Assembly: GCA_905178155.1 (NCBI GenBank)
Contig: CAJINV010000003.1
Coordinates: forward strand, 7,546,198 to 7,610,197
Direction: 5' to 3'
Source: Amoebophrya sp. A120
Taxonomy: Eukaryota; Protista; Dinoflagellata
DNA: 64,000 nucleotides
The translations under genes and the position numbers were made by a program. Positions 34,501 to 46,672 of the stretch are shown here, piece after piece (position 1 is the stretch's first letter; every line of letters starts with the position of its first letter). Under the pieces are notes generated by a model. That model worked only from the letters and a program-made list of their open reading frames with translations, was not told the origin of the DNA and did not search any database.

Positions 34501-37500
34501 TATGCTTGTGGTAGAAGCCAAAGTGCAGATCTGACAGCTCTCGCAAGTTGCCGCAGGTGGTCTGCAACAAGATTTCTTCGGACACGGAAAACATGTTCTG
34601 CCAGTGCACCGGATGCACCCTCTGGATCCAGCCGGCCATCTTGGTAAAACTGCCGATGGCGCTATCGTCGCCTGCTATGGCTCTCATGCAGGCGGGAAAG
34701 GCGTTGCGATCCTCCGCCGTCTTCGGCATGTGATCGCGGGCCCGCATCAGGGGCTGCGTCAGTTCGAAGATTTCCAAACTTTCATCGGCTCCGCCGCATT
34801 CTCCCATGATGGTCAGGACTCGGGCGAGCTTTTCCAAGTTACACTCACTTGACTTCATCAGGTTCATCAGGGTCCTCACTGCGCCCTCCTTCTCGGCCGG
34901 CCAGGCTCCCCGGCTGCACAAGAATGTCTCTCCGTCCTGATCCTCCAGGTCTTCCAGACTCGCAGCACTACTACCACCGACACTAGCAACCTCGCCGAGT
35001 CGCTTCCGGGTCGTCCCCTTGCTGCTGCTCTGGTCCAGCGTGTTGATCCCCTGTTCTGCCCTCTCGCGCGCAATTTTCATGCTTTCCAATATACCGCTGC
35101 TCTGAAACTGCCGCCGCTTCAACTCGTTGCTAGTGCGGCCAGCCGCAGGCACCTGCTTCAGCGTCATCAGCTCTCCGTTTTTGCCGTGCTCCCAGCGCAC
35201 AAGGTCTTCGATCAGGTCTGTGAGTGCGGGCAAATCCTGGGCCCGCGGCGCCAGGTGCTGCATCAGTGTGCAGAGCTCCACAAAATCAAAGCTCTTGTAA
35301 CCCTTGCGGTCGCGCTGTTGCAGAATTTCCATACCGACGATGATGTTGCCAGACCCGCCGAAGAAGTCGGTCACGCAGCGCACGAAGTGCGGGAACTCCT
35401 GTCCCCGTCTCAGCCGCATCTTCAGCGAGCCCAGGTCCTTCGTCATTGCCATCATCTTGTCGTACCCACCTAGCTGGTTGATGATTACGGAGAGGGACTC
35501 CAGCTGCTTGGGCTCGAACGCTTGCAGGAGCGACACAAACACGGTGAGCAGGAACCCGATCTGCGGCAACTCGTCGACAAGATCCTTTGCACTGCGCGTA
35601 AACTTGTTTAGCGTAGTCGTGCTCACCGTCTGGACGAGAAACAGTGCCTCCGCGAGTTCAGTTACGCTGGGCGACTGCTGCGCGTCGCTGTCCTTCCAGA
35701 TACGCTCTACAGCCCATGCGTAGTCCAGCACGCGATCCAGCTTCGCAAAATCGTCTAGGAGGTAATTGAGCATGTCTAGCACTTTGTCGAATCTGTTCGC
35801 GTAGGACACCTCAAACCTCGTTGATTCCTTGCCTCCAGCTCCCGCCTCGCCCGCATCGTCACCGGCTGGGGGAGGTTCTTCGGTCTTCGGCGGTGCGGTG
35901 CTGTCTTCCGCAAACAAGCCTAGATCCTCGATCAGCTCCGCCGTTAAAACCGTTGGTAAAGGTTCCTCTTCCTCTTGTTTCTGCTGCTGTCCTCCTCGCC
36001 CGCGCCCGCGAGCTTTTTGCCCGCTCGAGCTCGAAGACGAGGGCCGGCCCGCGGAGGACGGGCGCGCACCTCCGCCAATGCCGGTGGGCGCGCTGGGCGG
36101 TGCGTGCTTCTTTGCCTCCTCTTCCTGTTCTCGTGCGGTTTTCTCGGCTTCTTTCTGCTTTCGCTTCTTTTCCGCGTTTATCTCACCCTGTTTTTCCATT
36201 GTTGTGCGTATCTTCGCAACCTGTCTTGGCTCCGCATCACACGCACTCAGCTTCTGCAAGACCGTAAACGCAGATACACCCTCCTCCCCGGCAAGCAACG
36301 ACACGAAGTCTTCCCCGCGGACCAGCTGTAGTAGATTTATTTGTACTTACATGACGAGCTGCAATTGCAAACCGTGCTCAGCAACAACGACCCAGCTACT
36401 ACACAGTCAGGGTCAGCAGCTATTAACTTCATTTGTATCATTTGCGAAAAAAACGAGACACGTCGTTCCTTACACAAACTCGCAACTACATTCCTCATCA
36501 ACATCAAGGGCAATGGTCTTACCGCAGCCGGAGTCTCTGGGGGAAAGTACTTGTTTGCGACCACCTTGGCGCTTTTAAGCATCCTCAAGGCGCGCTCGCA
36601 GTCCAGGAAATTTCCAAATCCCGGCAAGACCTCCGTCACGAGCGCGTCGATTTCCTTCGCGCCAACCTTACTAAGCACAGTGTACATGGTGGCCAGCTTG
36701 TCCGCGTCCGGGTGGCCGCTGCGAAAGCTCTTGTGGTCCACGAGCTCTAGACTCCACTTCCACTTGCTCCCAAACCGGCCCAGCTCGTCCGCGAACTCGT
36801 TCCACTTTTTATCCCCGGGCTTGTACTTCTGCAGGTTCTTCAGGATCACCTCGACATCCGCCTTCTTGACGAAGCCGAACTTCTCGTACACGGTTTGCCA
36901 CAGGTCCTCCGCCTCCTTTTTCTTGGTCTCGATGGCCTTCAGCTTCTCGTCCGTCATGTTGTCGTCTAGCTGTTCGTGAATGTTGTCCGGAATGTCCTGG
37001 TACTTGGCCAGCAACTGGAAGAACTTGCGCGTGTTGCCGATCAGCTTCACTAGCTCCTGCATCCGCTGCGCGGCGTCCATGTTGCCGGGACCGCCGGGGC
37101 CAACACCTCCAACTCCCGCGAGGCCTCCCCCAACGGACCCCGAGCCGTACCCCTCGGGACCGCCCATACCGCCACCCCCCACTACCACTACTACTTCCTT
37201 CCCGTCGATGATCTGCGTCTGTGTGATGACCTGACTGCCGCCGCCGGCCACACCTCCACCTGCGTATGTTTTCCTAGACAAAGAATGAAGATGAAAGAAC
37301 AGGAACAACACGAAACAAATTAATTTCCCATAAGTAATTCAAGACGCACCTCAGGGTTCCCAGCAGAACCAGCAGCGGTGGCCGCTGAACGAGATCGAGC
37401 TACTTTGCATTGTGCCTTTGCCTCACGGTCACGTGATTGCAGAAATGAAAGAAACTAAATGTACCAGCGCCGCCTGCCGCACCTCCGTGACTCCCCACAC

Positions 37501-40500
37501 TTGCTGCCGGCACTGACTGCTTTCGCGTGACAGGCTTCCCAGTTTTCGGGTCAGCCGTATCCCATAGGAAAAAGGTAGCACCCCAGCATATCGATTTGCG
37601 ATGCAAAAGTACGTATCCAAAAAATCTTTCTTGCGAGGCCTTCTCGCCCGTGCGTGTGTCACATGAATGTTGATACAGTTACAGGTACAACTTCGCTTTG
37701 CATTACCTCCTGCTCTCCAAATATGCTATTTGGCCGCTAGCTGTTTTATTTGTGATAGACCGCCGGTTTTCCAGTTTTCGGATCCATGACGGGCACCTCA
37801 ACTTCCACCACACCCCCTGCGGCCGCCCCGGCGGCGCCCCCTCGGCTTCCCGCCCCGCCTGAGACGGACCCGCGCGCGCCCGCCGGGCCGCCTCCACCAG
37901 AAGCTCCGCCGCCTCCACCTGCTCCGAAGCCCGATACAGAACCGCGCCCCCCGCTTGCGGCCGCCTGCTGAACCGCCTCCGCCGGATCCACCTGCTGCGT
38001 CATCATCTTCGGCTTTCCCGTGACGGGATCCACTACCGGCTGGCCCGTGGCGGGATCGATTACCGGCACTTCCATAGTGACAACCTGCTTCTTTTCCGTG
38101 AGGGGTTTGCCATCGGCCCCCACCATTGGCTTTCCGGTCTTTGGATCCAGTATCGGAACCTCGACGGTCTCCATTTTCCCCCCAAGTTCGGCGGCCGCCT
38201 GCTTCGCGGCCTGGGCCGCCTGCTCCGACGGCGGGGCCTGCAGCTGAGTCTTCGGTTTCCCCGTCTTCGGATCAATCACAGGTTTGCCCGTGACCGGGTC
38301 CACCACGGGCACTTCCACCTGCACCACGGGCAGGCCATCCTCGCCCACCAACGGCTTGCCGTCGGCACCTAAAACTGGTGTGGTCTTCTTCGTCTCCATT
38401 ACGGGGTTCCCGTTCTCGTCCAGGACCGGATTACCGTTCTCGTCCACCATCGGCATACTGACAACCATTACCTGTGGGACAGTAGCGAAAGCAAAGCATT
38501 TTTGTGCTAAGAAGTTTTTAGTACGACACTCTACTCTATGATGTTACTTCGGGCAGTTCAGACAAATCGTTCGAATAAAAAATACGTGCGGGAGCACCAG
38601 GCCGGGCAGACTCGTGGCGCTGCAACTTTTTGGGTTCACAAAGACCGCACGCAGTGCGGAAAGAGGCTGTGCCTGGGTTTGCCATCTACTCGAACTTGGG
38701 AAAAACGCGAATACCCGCCTGCCTCAGAGCCGCAAAAAGTAGCTCATGATCAAGTGTACTTCTAGTAGTTTGTTCCTTATGTACTTACTTACTATACCGG
38801 GTTTCCGTTTTCGTCGACGACAGGGTTTCCGTTCTCGTCGAGCATGGGCGCGGGTGGCTTGGATGCTGCTTCGGCTTTTGCAGCCTCCAGCTTCTGGCGT
38901 GCTTCTTCCTCTTCGACACGTTTCTGCTCCGCCACGCCGGCTTCGTAAAACTGCTTCAGGCGGCAGATGGGGTTGAGAACGTCGTCCAGGGTAAAGCTGG
39001 CAGCCACGAACTCGTCGGTCCACTCTCCCGTACCGTACTGGTTGCTACCCCGCAAGCGGCCCGTGATACGGAGCGGCATCTCCCGTAGCTCGCGACTGGG
39101 CGCGAAGGCCTGCAAAGCCCCGGTCTCCCAGGCTTTCTCAATCACAGACTCGAGGGATATCGTGGAGGACACGCGCCCTGGCGCGCTCGGACTCTCGTAC
39201 ACTTCCAGGTTGAAGACCTGTGCGTCCAAAAGGATCTTGTGCTCTTCCATCGCGAGGGGCAGCAAACTTTCCTCATCACTCGCGTCGGGCACGGTGGGGA
39301 AGGCCTCGGTTTCCCGCGCGTCAAAACTAAAACTCTCTCTTGCAGAGACGCCATCCTCGAACGTCACTTCTGCCATGTTGTGTTCACCCTCGACTATCGG
39401 GTCGGGTGCTTCGGTGGCCGGTGCGGCTGCTTCTTCGTCTGCGGCAGGTGGGGCCGGCGGGGGCTCCTCCACCGCCGCGGCTTCTGCTTTTATTTCCTCG
39501 GCGGGCGCGGCTGCTTCTCCTGCCGCTGCGGCACCACCGCCTGCTGCCTCAGCCTCGGCAGCTGCCGCACGTTCTGCCGCGGCCTTTTCCGCTTTCTCTT
39601 CCTCGGCCTTTCTTCGCGCCTCTTCCTCGGCCAGCCGCCGCTCCTCGGCAAGTTTTCGTTCCTCTGCAAGGATGCGCTGCCGCTCCTCCTCCGCCAGGCG
39701 GCGCTCTTCGGCCTCCTCCGGCGACATCAGGCGCGCTACCGTTTTCTGTGCGGCCTTGCTCAGTGCGGATGGTTCCTTGCCCGTGGCTTCCACGCACAAG
39801 CTGAGCTCAATGTCGTAGCATGAGGACCGCGTCTGGCCTCCCCAGTCGGTGACTACAGGAAAATCTACTGCCAGATCCGCTCGACCCAGACGGGGAACGG
39901 AAAAGCCCGCCTGAAACTTGTCGATAGCCCACCGCACTTCTGGAACACTACTGCTGTACGGACACTTCACCGGCACCGCGGGCACGCTAAACGGACTTCG
40001 CCCGGCCTAGTTTTGTTTCGTGCATTCTTGTTATTTTAGAAGTTCTAGCTGTACTTGGAGCATTTTACAAGTGCATGGCTGTGCCAGTGCGCCGTTGTCG
40101 CAAAGGCAAAGGAGAGAAATCATACAGATACAGATGCACGTATGAACCAGTATTTTATACCTGATTGACAGCGGAGAAGCGCATGATGATGAATTTTTTC
40201 TTCATGTGAGGCGGCACTAGCCAAGCCTCTGGCACAGGGCGGATGATTGTTTCCACGTCTCCCGTGGAATTCAGCTTCCAGTGCACCTTCACGCTCCGCC
40301 ACCCTTTTTCCAGCTCGGATGCCTGCTTTTTTACATTCACGCTCAGCTGCCGCGATAAGCGGGCCTTCTCACCCATCAGACTGGTAAGCTCGGTCTTTCG
40401 CGAAATCACCTCCATGTCCTGCTTGGTTCCAACCAAGTACTCCGCAACATAATCGTAAATTGCGGCACGGTTTTCGTGTTCTGGCTTTTTGAAGCGGATC

Positions 40501-43500
40501 ACAGCCTCTTCTGCGGTACAACTCACGAACTCGGGCGCTCCGGGCTCTGAGGGGGCTAAGCACACCGGCGCCTAGTAGGATAATGGAAAACATGAGGATG
40601 AGCATCTTCTTGAAGATCTTCATCAAACTCGGTACGGACTAAAAACTACTTCTTTTTTGTCGTGCATACAACATCCAATTGTATCCGCCAGGTAGTAGTC
40701 CTATCGTGGTATATGTTCGGTGCATTTGATTTTGAATGCCTCGAACTCTGACCCGGAGAAAAAAACGCTTACCTGATACGAGACCGATTCCAGAGACTGA
40801 TTTCCGTCGATGATTTGGAACTTCGAGGTTGGTTCCTTTTCGCCGCCCTCCTCGCCCTCGTCAACATGGACACCGCCCGCGGCGATGGCGATTTTGTGGC
40901 GCGGCAGGACATTGAACTTGTACTTGACTCCCGGGTGGAGGTTGGCAATGTCGTACACGCAAACTTCCTCGTCGGCGCCCTTCACAGCGTTCCATCGCCG
41001 CCCCAGCGAGAACTTCTCCTTGGACAGCCGGGTCGACTCTTCCACGGTCTCCAGGTCCGGGGCAATATGGATGTGCCAGGATCGAAATCGACAAAGTCGA
41101 AAAATTTGTGATGCATAAAATGTAGGGCACAGAAGGCCTGTATTGGGGAGCAGGCAAATAAGGCCGATTGTAAGCCTGGTTAGGGGTATACAATGTGCTT
41201 TCAGAGTAGCATGACAGAAGCAGCGTTCTTTGCCCAAACAGCATGACAGACTGGATTCATTCGGGCGCTCCCGAAATTTGTCATGCGCCACTTGGAAACT
41301 GAGGCTCCAGCGGGTATCGATTTTATGCATTGCAAATTTTTCGATTTTGTCGATTTCGATCCTGACACTCCCATAGGCAACCTTGATCACGTACTCCACG
41401 ACCGGACCGAACATTTTCTGCTCCTCTTCGGATATTGGGGTCCAGGATATCCTGAGTAAAAACGTACCCACGCCAGAGTTGTCATGCAAATCTGCATGCT
41501 GAAAATGTTTCTCATGCGGAGCCCCATGAGAAGCATTTTCCAATCGTGTTTTGCAATCTGCCACGCTCCAATCAGCATGGTATGCTAGATCTGTGATGCT
41601 GCTGAGCTAGCTCAAACAGCACTACACTACGAATCCAAATTTGTCATGCAAAACAGCCAAAACTTGTGGACTTGTCTAGCCGATTCCCCAACTTGACTAT
41701 GGTGTGGGTACGTTTTTACTCAGGATACAGGAAAGGCTCAAATCGGTTGGCCGGATGGAAGACGCGATGGGACGGCCCGGCCGCGGCCCCGAGATGGCGA
41801 AGTTGACCGCGCCGCCGACTTGCTTACCGTAGATGCTCCCGTTCTGCGAGGCGAACAGCCGGAATTCGTACCGCTCGGTCGGGTCCGGCGGAAACGGGAC
41901 CTGTAGGGTGACAATCCCATTCAGCTGGCGGGGAAAATTGGGCAGGTGGACCTTGGTTTTTGACAACTCCCCGATGTTCTGCCCGCGCAACTGCCACCCG
42001 CCGCCCCCGGCCTGCGTCCACGTCACGCCTGCCACCACGACGGAAATAAAAGGCATTTTCTGCAAATCGCCAACGAGTTTTTTCGGAATGCGGTACGCTA
42101 TCGTGGCGGTCTCGCCGGGACTGAACGTCTGCTGGGACGTGCCTGCGTAATCAAGCAATACAACCCAATACAAAAATACAATACGTTAAATAGATTTTCG
42201 CAGAAAGCCTCCGCAAATTGTGGCTCACGGACAGGCCGCAAGCGATCCTTCATGAGGAGCAGAAACGTGAGATGAAGATGAAGTAGGTGAAGCTGAAGGT
42301 AATAAAACATGGAACAAAGAACATGAGCGCAGTTCATTGCTGCAGAACATCAACAGCAGTTGTACACAAAACGTCCGAGACGTGCGTGCCGATGGCTTGG
42401 GACAGGACGGAGGCAATGGTAACTTTCCCACCCTGCTGGTAAAGCTCGTCGTAGAGCGCAATGACCTCCTTCTTTCCCAACTTTGGCATACAGGGAATCT
42501 GGTTTTTCCGCTGCGACAGAAAGGACTTCTTGGCGAACCGCTCCTGAATCTCGGGGGAGAGATACACCCCAAAGAGGTCGGCGGCGAAGTCGGCTTTCAT
42601 GATGTGCGTGTTCGGGTCCAGACTGGTTTTCCCAAACACCTGCTGCATGGTCATCCCCGCCTCCGGGCGCGCGTTCCAGAGGCGAATCGCGAACTCCTCG
42701 AAGCCAAAGGCCATGCCGCTGTCGGTCATGCGTTCGCCGAACTCCTCGTAGCTCAGCGAGCGGTTGCCGTCCAGATCCATCATCTCGAAGAAGTTCAGGG
42801 CGTCCTGCCGGTTGAAATCCAACTTGCTGCCGAACTGCTCAAACAGCTCCCATTCCTCCACCTCCGCGTCCTCCCCACCTTTCTTTTTCGCCTGCATGTC
42901 CCGGAGAAAAAAGAAACATAGAAGAAGTGCCAAAACACATAAGTCGTACTCCGTCTTGCTCTTGCTTTTGCATAGTTATAGCCGCAGCAGCATGCTCGAT
43001 CCTCATCATACTTCTTGCAGTCATGCATGTCTATTTTTGCGCTTACGAAAAATCGGTGACGCCACGCTAGGTGTATTTTTCTCTGGGATCATACTGCATT
43101 CCGGCAAAGGCGTTCTTCCAGTTGCCGAACCGCACCAGCAGCCGGCGGCGAAAGTGCCCGATGTCGATGGACGGTGCCGCAGTGCTCATGGCGGTGAGGA
43201 AGGAATCGAAGGTAATGCCGTCCACTCCCTGTGGCAGAGGTTCCTGGTACATGCCGAAAGCTGCAATGTAGTCGTAGAAGCGCTTGGCCTCCGCCTCGAA
43301 CCGGCTGAGCAGCGCTTGGTCGAACACCAGCGAGTGGCCCCCCCCGGCGTTGCTGCGCTCGTATGCGCGCCTCTGGATGCGCACATACTCCTCGATCAGC
43401 TTCTCGCGGGGGATATACTCCACCACGGAGTTGCCGTGCCGCAGCTCGTCATGCATCTCGTCGAAGCTCTGCCGGAAGGAGTTGTAGTCCTGCAGCACCG

Positions 43501-44571
43501 CGTTCCGGAAGTAGAGCATCTGGGCCTCGCTCACGTTGGACAGTGCGGAGGCTAGCTTGTCCACGCGCAAGCCCGTGTCCATGATGTTCCGGTGCCCCCC
43601 GAAGAGCTGGAAGAAGTTTTGCAGCGCGTCTTGCTCCAGTTCGGGCGGCAGAAACCCCAATTTATGATCCTCCAGCGGAAACACGTGCTGCTTCAAAATG
43701 CCAGAAAACTCCTGGAAGTCGATCCACCGGTCCCCGCTGGGCTCAAACCGGTGCAACACCTCGTTCAGCGAGCCCAGCCGCTGCATCAGCGTGATCCGGA
43801 ACTGGTTGAAGAATGCCTTGGTCACCTTCGTCATTCCGATCAACAGGTTCGAGATCTCGTCCTGTTCGATGCCGATTTCACTCCGGAGGGACGCGAGCTG
43901 CTGGCTTTCCGTCACAAACCGCTGCGCCTCGAGTACGTTCAGCAGTCCGCCCTTGGTCATCAGGAAGGACTCCACCCGCAAGCATTGCGCGATGCCCCAC
44001 TCCACCGAATTCAGCTCGTCCAGCCAGTTTTGCCACAGCACTTCCTCTTCTTCCTCGCCGTCCGCGCCCGCAGTACCCTCCGACCCCGACGCATTCGCTC
44101 CGGCACCCTGCTCTTTCAGGGGAATCCCATCAATGCTGTACTCGTTAAGCCGCCCATAGAGTGCTGCAATCCTGTGAAAAAAAATACGATTCGCAGCTCT
44201 TCAATTTCCTCTTCTTACTGGGTCTTCATCTATACATCTGCATCGAAAGCATGTCATTTCGAGTTCAGCTCTGACACACTCGCCAGCTTTTCTCTACTTA
44301 CCCCAACCTGCTGTGCCGCTTGACAACAAATTTCAATTTGCATGTGATTGAATAAAAAGCCTTGCGCTAATAAAATATGAAAGTAGTAGTACATGAGCTG
44401 GCCTTTCTCCACAACCTTGGGAAGCTCTGGTGACCCATCCATCACGGAGGACTTCCTCCCATGCAGGGTTTTTCGAGCTGCGGGCGTGGCTCCTTCCCCG
44501 TCCTCCGCATCAGGAACGGCCGGAGCCTGCTGCTCGGCAGCGTTCGCCTCCTCGTCTTCCGGTGACGACAT
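31547..44571 (-). CDS. Very large multi-exon protein with EF-hand-like and fibronectin type III domains, coiled coil and DPxTGKP/DENGNPV repeats (may be more than one gene)
   Basis: Contiguous minus-strand ORFs (up to 1585 aa) separated by GT-AG or introner introns. EF-hand DLDGNRSLSYEEF; FN3 motifs DLSLSWTP, NLHPGVKYKFNV and PSEPGAP. Confidence 0.65.
37558..37757. mobile_element. Degenerating introner element (200 bp) in the giant gene
   Basis: TATC...GATA ends, about 35-bp imperfect TIR, flanks AGCCG/GACCG (3/5 TSD). Removal gives KPA(V/A)DPKTGKP in frame. Confidence 0.75.
41066..41375. mobile_element. Introner element, family D (310 bp), in the giant gene
   Basis: TSD GGCAA (41061-41065, 41376-41380), about 55-bp TIR starting TATGG. 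Removal gives IKVA-PDLE. Confidence 0.9.
41448..41727. mobile_element. Introner element, family A (280 bp), in the giant gene
   Basis: TSD CAGGA (41443-41447, 41728-41732), perfect 24-bp TIR tatcctgagtaaaaacgtacccac. Removal restores the FN3 strand DLSLS-WTP. Confidence 0.93.
42897..43093. mobile_element. Degenerating introner element (~197 bp) in the giant gene
   Basis: Direct repeat CTGCAT (42892-42897, 43094-43099). One end is intact (sense TATGATCCCAGAGAAAAA) and the other eroded (TTTTCTCCGGGACA). Removal gives GMQ-AKKK in frame. Confidence 0.7.
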
Positions 44572-45190
44572 CGCTGTGATTTAGCGGTCACAGGGCAATA
44601 GTTGGGGGCCTCATGGTGTGCATCGTGGAGCTCCCGAGTAGTGGTTTTTTTGCAAAACCACTTCTTCGTCTCGTCTCCTGCCTAGATGATAGAGTGATAT
44701 TTGATTGGGAGGGTCGTGACTTTCTGGTCTTACTTTACTGAGGACCGCGCGGAGAAAAGTGACGGGGAGCCTGGCTCCTGCAGATCAACCACGCCACGCT
44801 CACTTCGATTTCGACCACTGCAGCGCTCCGCGAAACAACTTCATTCGAATTGTCAACACATATTTAGACCATCGAAAACGATTGCGCTCATACGAAATTT
44901 TGGTCCACGATCGGGAGATGAGACGAGACGAGGCGAACGAGCATTATGTCGACATGAGGTTTTATTCATCCGCCATTGCTGCAAAACGCAAGCACGGTTG
45001 AGACTAAGGATGCGACCCCGAGCCCAAAACACAACATATACAGCAGTTCCCGGCAAAAAAAAGTCGTGGCTGAGTCGAGAATGAGTCACCGACTGAATAA
45101 TACTCTACTTCTTGGTTAAGGACTTTAGAAAGTATCGTACAGGTTAGTGACGTTCGTGCTTCTGCTTTGCCAAAGCGACAAAGTTCAACA

Positions 45191-46672
45191 TTATACTATA
45201 TTCAGGCGCAGGTGCTCAAGGATGACAGCCGCGCAGTCCCGCTGCGCTTCCCGAATGGATGCATGAGCCTGCTTGGATTGAAACAATCTCCCCTGTATAG
45301 AGAAGCTCGCACGAAAGCCGCGATTACTTTCACCGAGCTCGAAACCTTCCGAGCGCAAGCGTAGGTTCTTGCGCAGGCAAAGCTGGGTTAATTGCTGCAA
45401 TGTGTCGCCTCCTCCACTGCACCCTCCTGAGCTGCCTTCGAACCCCTGCAAAGATGTTCCGGCGCCTCCTGTTGGCCCCGCAAATATCGCATCCATGCGA
45501 GCCTCCGGTCTCGTCGGGTTCGGGTGCTCATTGTTCTGCAAACCCCCGTCGCCCTCCGGTACGCCCGGCGTACTTCCGGTTTTGTTGAAGTGGCTCGTCT
45601 TCCCCTTCCGGACGGCAGCGCCGCCGCTCGAGGAACCAAAAACACGCTCAAACTGGCAGCTTATCTTGGGGCTGCCCGTGTGCTGCAAGCGTACCCTCTC
45701 CAAGACCGCATGGGACGCGAACGCGTCGCAGGCCGCATACTCCAGCTGTGCCTTGGACAGCGACTCGAGCTCCCAGTTCGAGCAGCGGAGGTCTTTTTTC
45801 AGCCGATGTCGCAAGAAAATCCCCACCAAACCCTGCAGGCTCCGGGGATTGGTCTGCAAGTAGTGCGCCAACTCGAAGAGGCACACAAAGCGCTGGCCCT
45901 CGATCCCGAATTCTTGGGAGAGTTGCTCCAACTCTCCACTGGCCCCCTGCGTCACTTTGCAAATTTTGTCGGATTCCAGAATTTTCGTCAAAAGTGGAAA
46001 ATCGAAAATCTTCGAATCAGTCTGATCGCTATAATCCCTTCGAACTTGTTCTTCCCCGGTTTCGTTCCTGGAAAGTGACGAGCTATCCGCAGTTCTTCGC
46101 GTTTGGTCTTCTGGTGCTGTCGAAGAAGTGGTAACTACGCGAGGACCTCTACTTCTGACGAAATACGGGTTTCGCCAAAGGGCGCAGAGCTCTCGTGTGG
46201 CCAGCTGCAGCACTGCCGTGCGATTTTTGCGACCAAAGAGTGCTGGTTTTGCCTCGGAGTCGAACCCGATGATAGTTTCGGGAGACGCATTTAGAAAATG
46301 TCTTCGCAACAAGTCGGCATGTTCCCGTTCGTCCTCGCGGCTTGTCAAGACGAGCACACGCCCAGAAAATTTCAAGACCGGCAGCGCTAACACCTCCAGC
46401 GGCGTTATGGTTAGGTCCAGCGGGGGGCCACTCGAAGGAGAGGATGCTCTCGGCAGCGGACTCAGCGGTTTTTTCTCACTCGCTGATGACAACGGATAAT
46501 TGGGGGCTGCCTTGATGACTTGATTCCCGGTGCGTGCTGTCGTCAACCTCCTTTTCAGGGTGGAAGCCACAGAATTACACGCACGTGCTCGTGCCCGCAT
46601 GGGGCTAGCGTGCCAAAGCTCCATTCCGAACTGTGCCATTTGCATCCTAACGCTTTCTGTTGGAGATGCCAT
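45191..46672 (-). CDS. DEDDy 3'-5' exonuclease (WRN-exo/EXD2/Mut-7 type) with C-terminal dsRBD-like domain; intronless
   Basis: IIGFDSE, TAVLQLAT, SLQGLVGIFL, RCSNWE...LSKAQLEYAACDA. The C-terminus LQQLTQLC...FRASFSIQGRLF...SIREAQRDCAAVILEHL fits the dsRBD pattern. Confidence 0.88.
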   Translation of the reverse strand: MASPTESVRMQMAQFGMELWHASPMRARARACNSVASTLKRRLTTARTGNQVIKAAPNYPLSSASEKKPLSPLPRASSPSSGPPLDLTITPLEVLALPVLKFSGRVLVLTSREDEREHADLLRRHFLNASPETIIGFDSEAKPALFGRKNRTAVLQLATRELCALWRNPYFVRSRGPRVVTTSSTAPEDQTRRTADSSSLSRNETGEEQVRRDYSDQTDSKIFDFPLLTKILESDKICKVTQGASGELEQLSQEFGIEGQRFVCLFELAHYLQTNPRSLQGLVGIFLRHRLKKDLRCSNWELESLSKAQLEYAACDAFASHAVLERVRLQHTGSPKISCQFERVFGSSSGGAAVRKGKTSHFNKTGSTPGVPEGDGGLQNNEHPNPTRPEARMDAIFAGPTGGAGTSLQGFEGSSGGCSGGGDTLQQLTQLCLRKNLRLRSEGFELGESNRGFRASFSIQGRLFQSKQAHASIREAQRDCAAVILEHLRLNIV

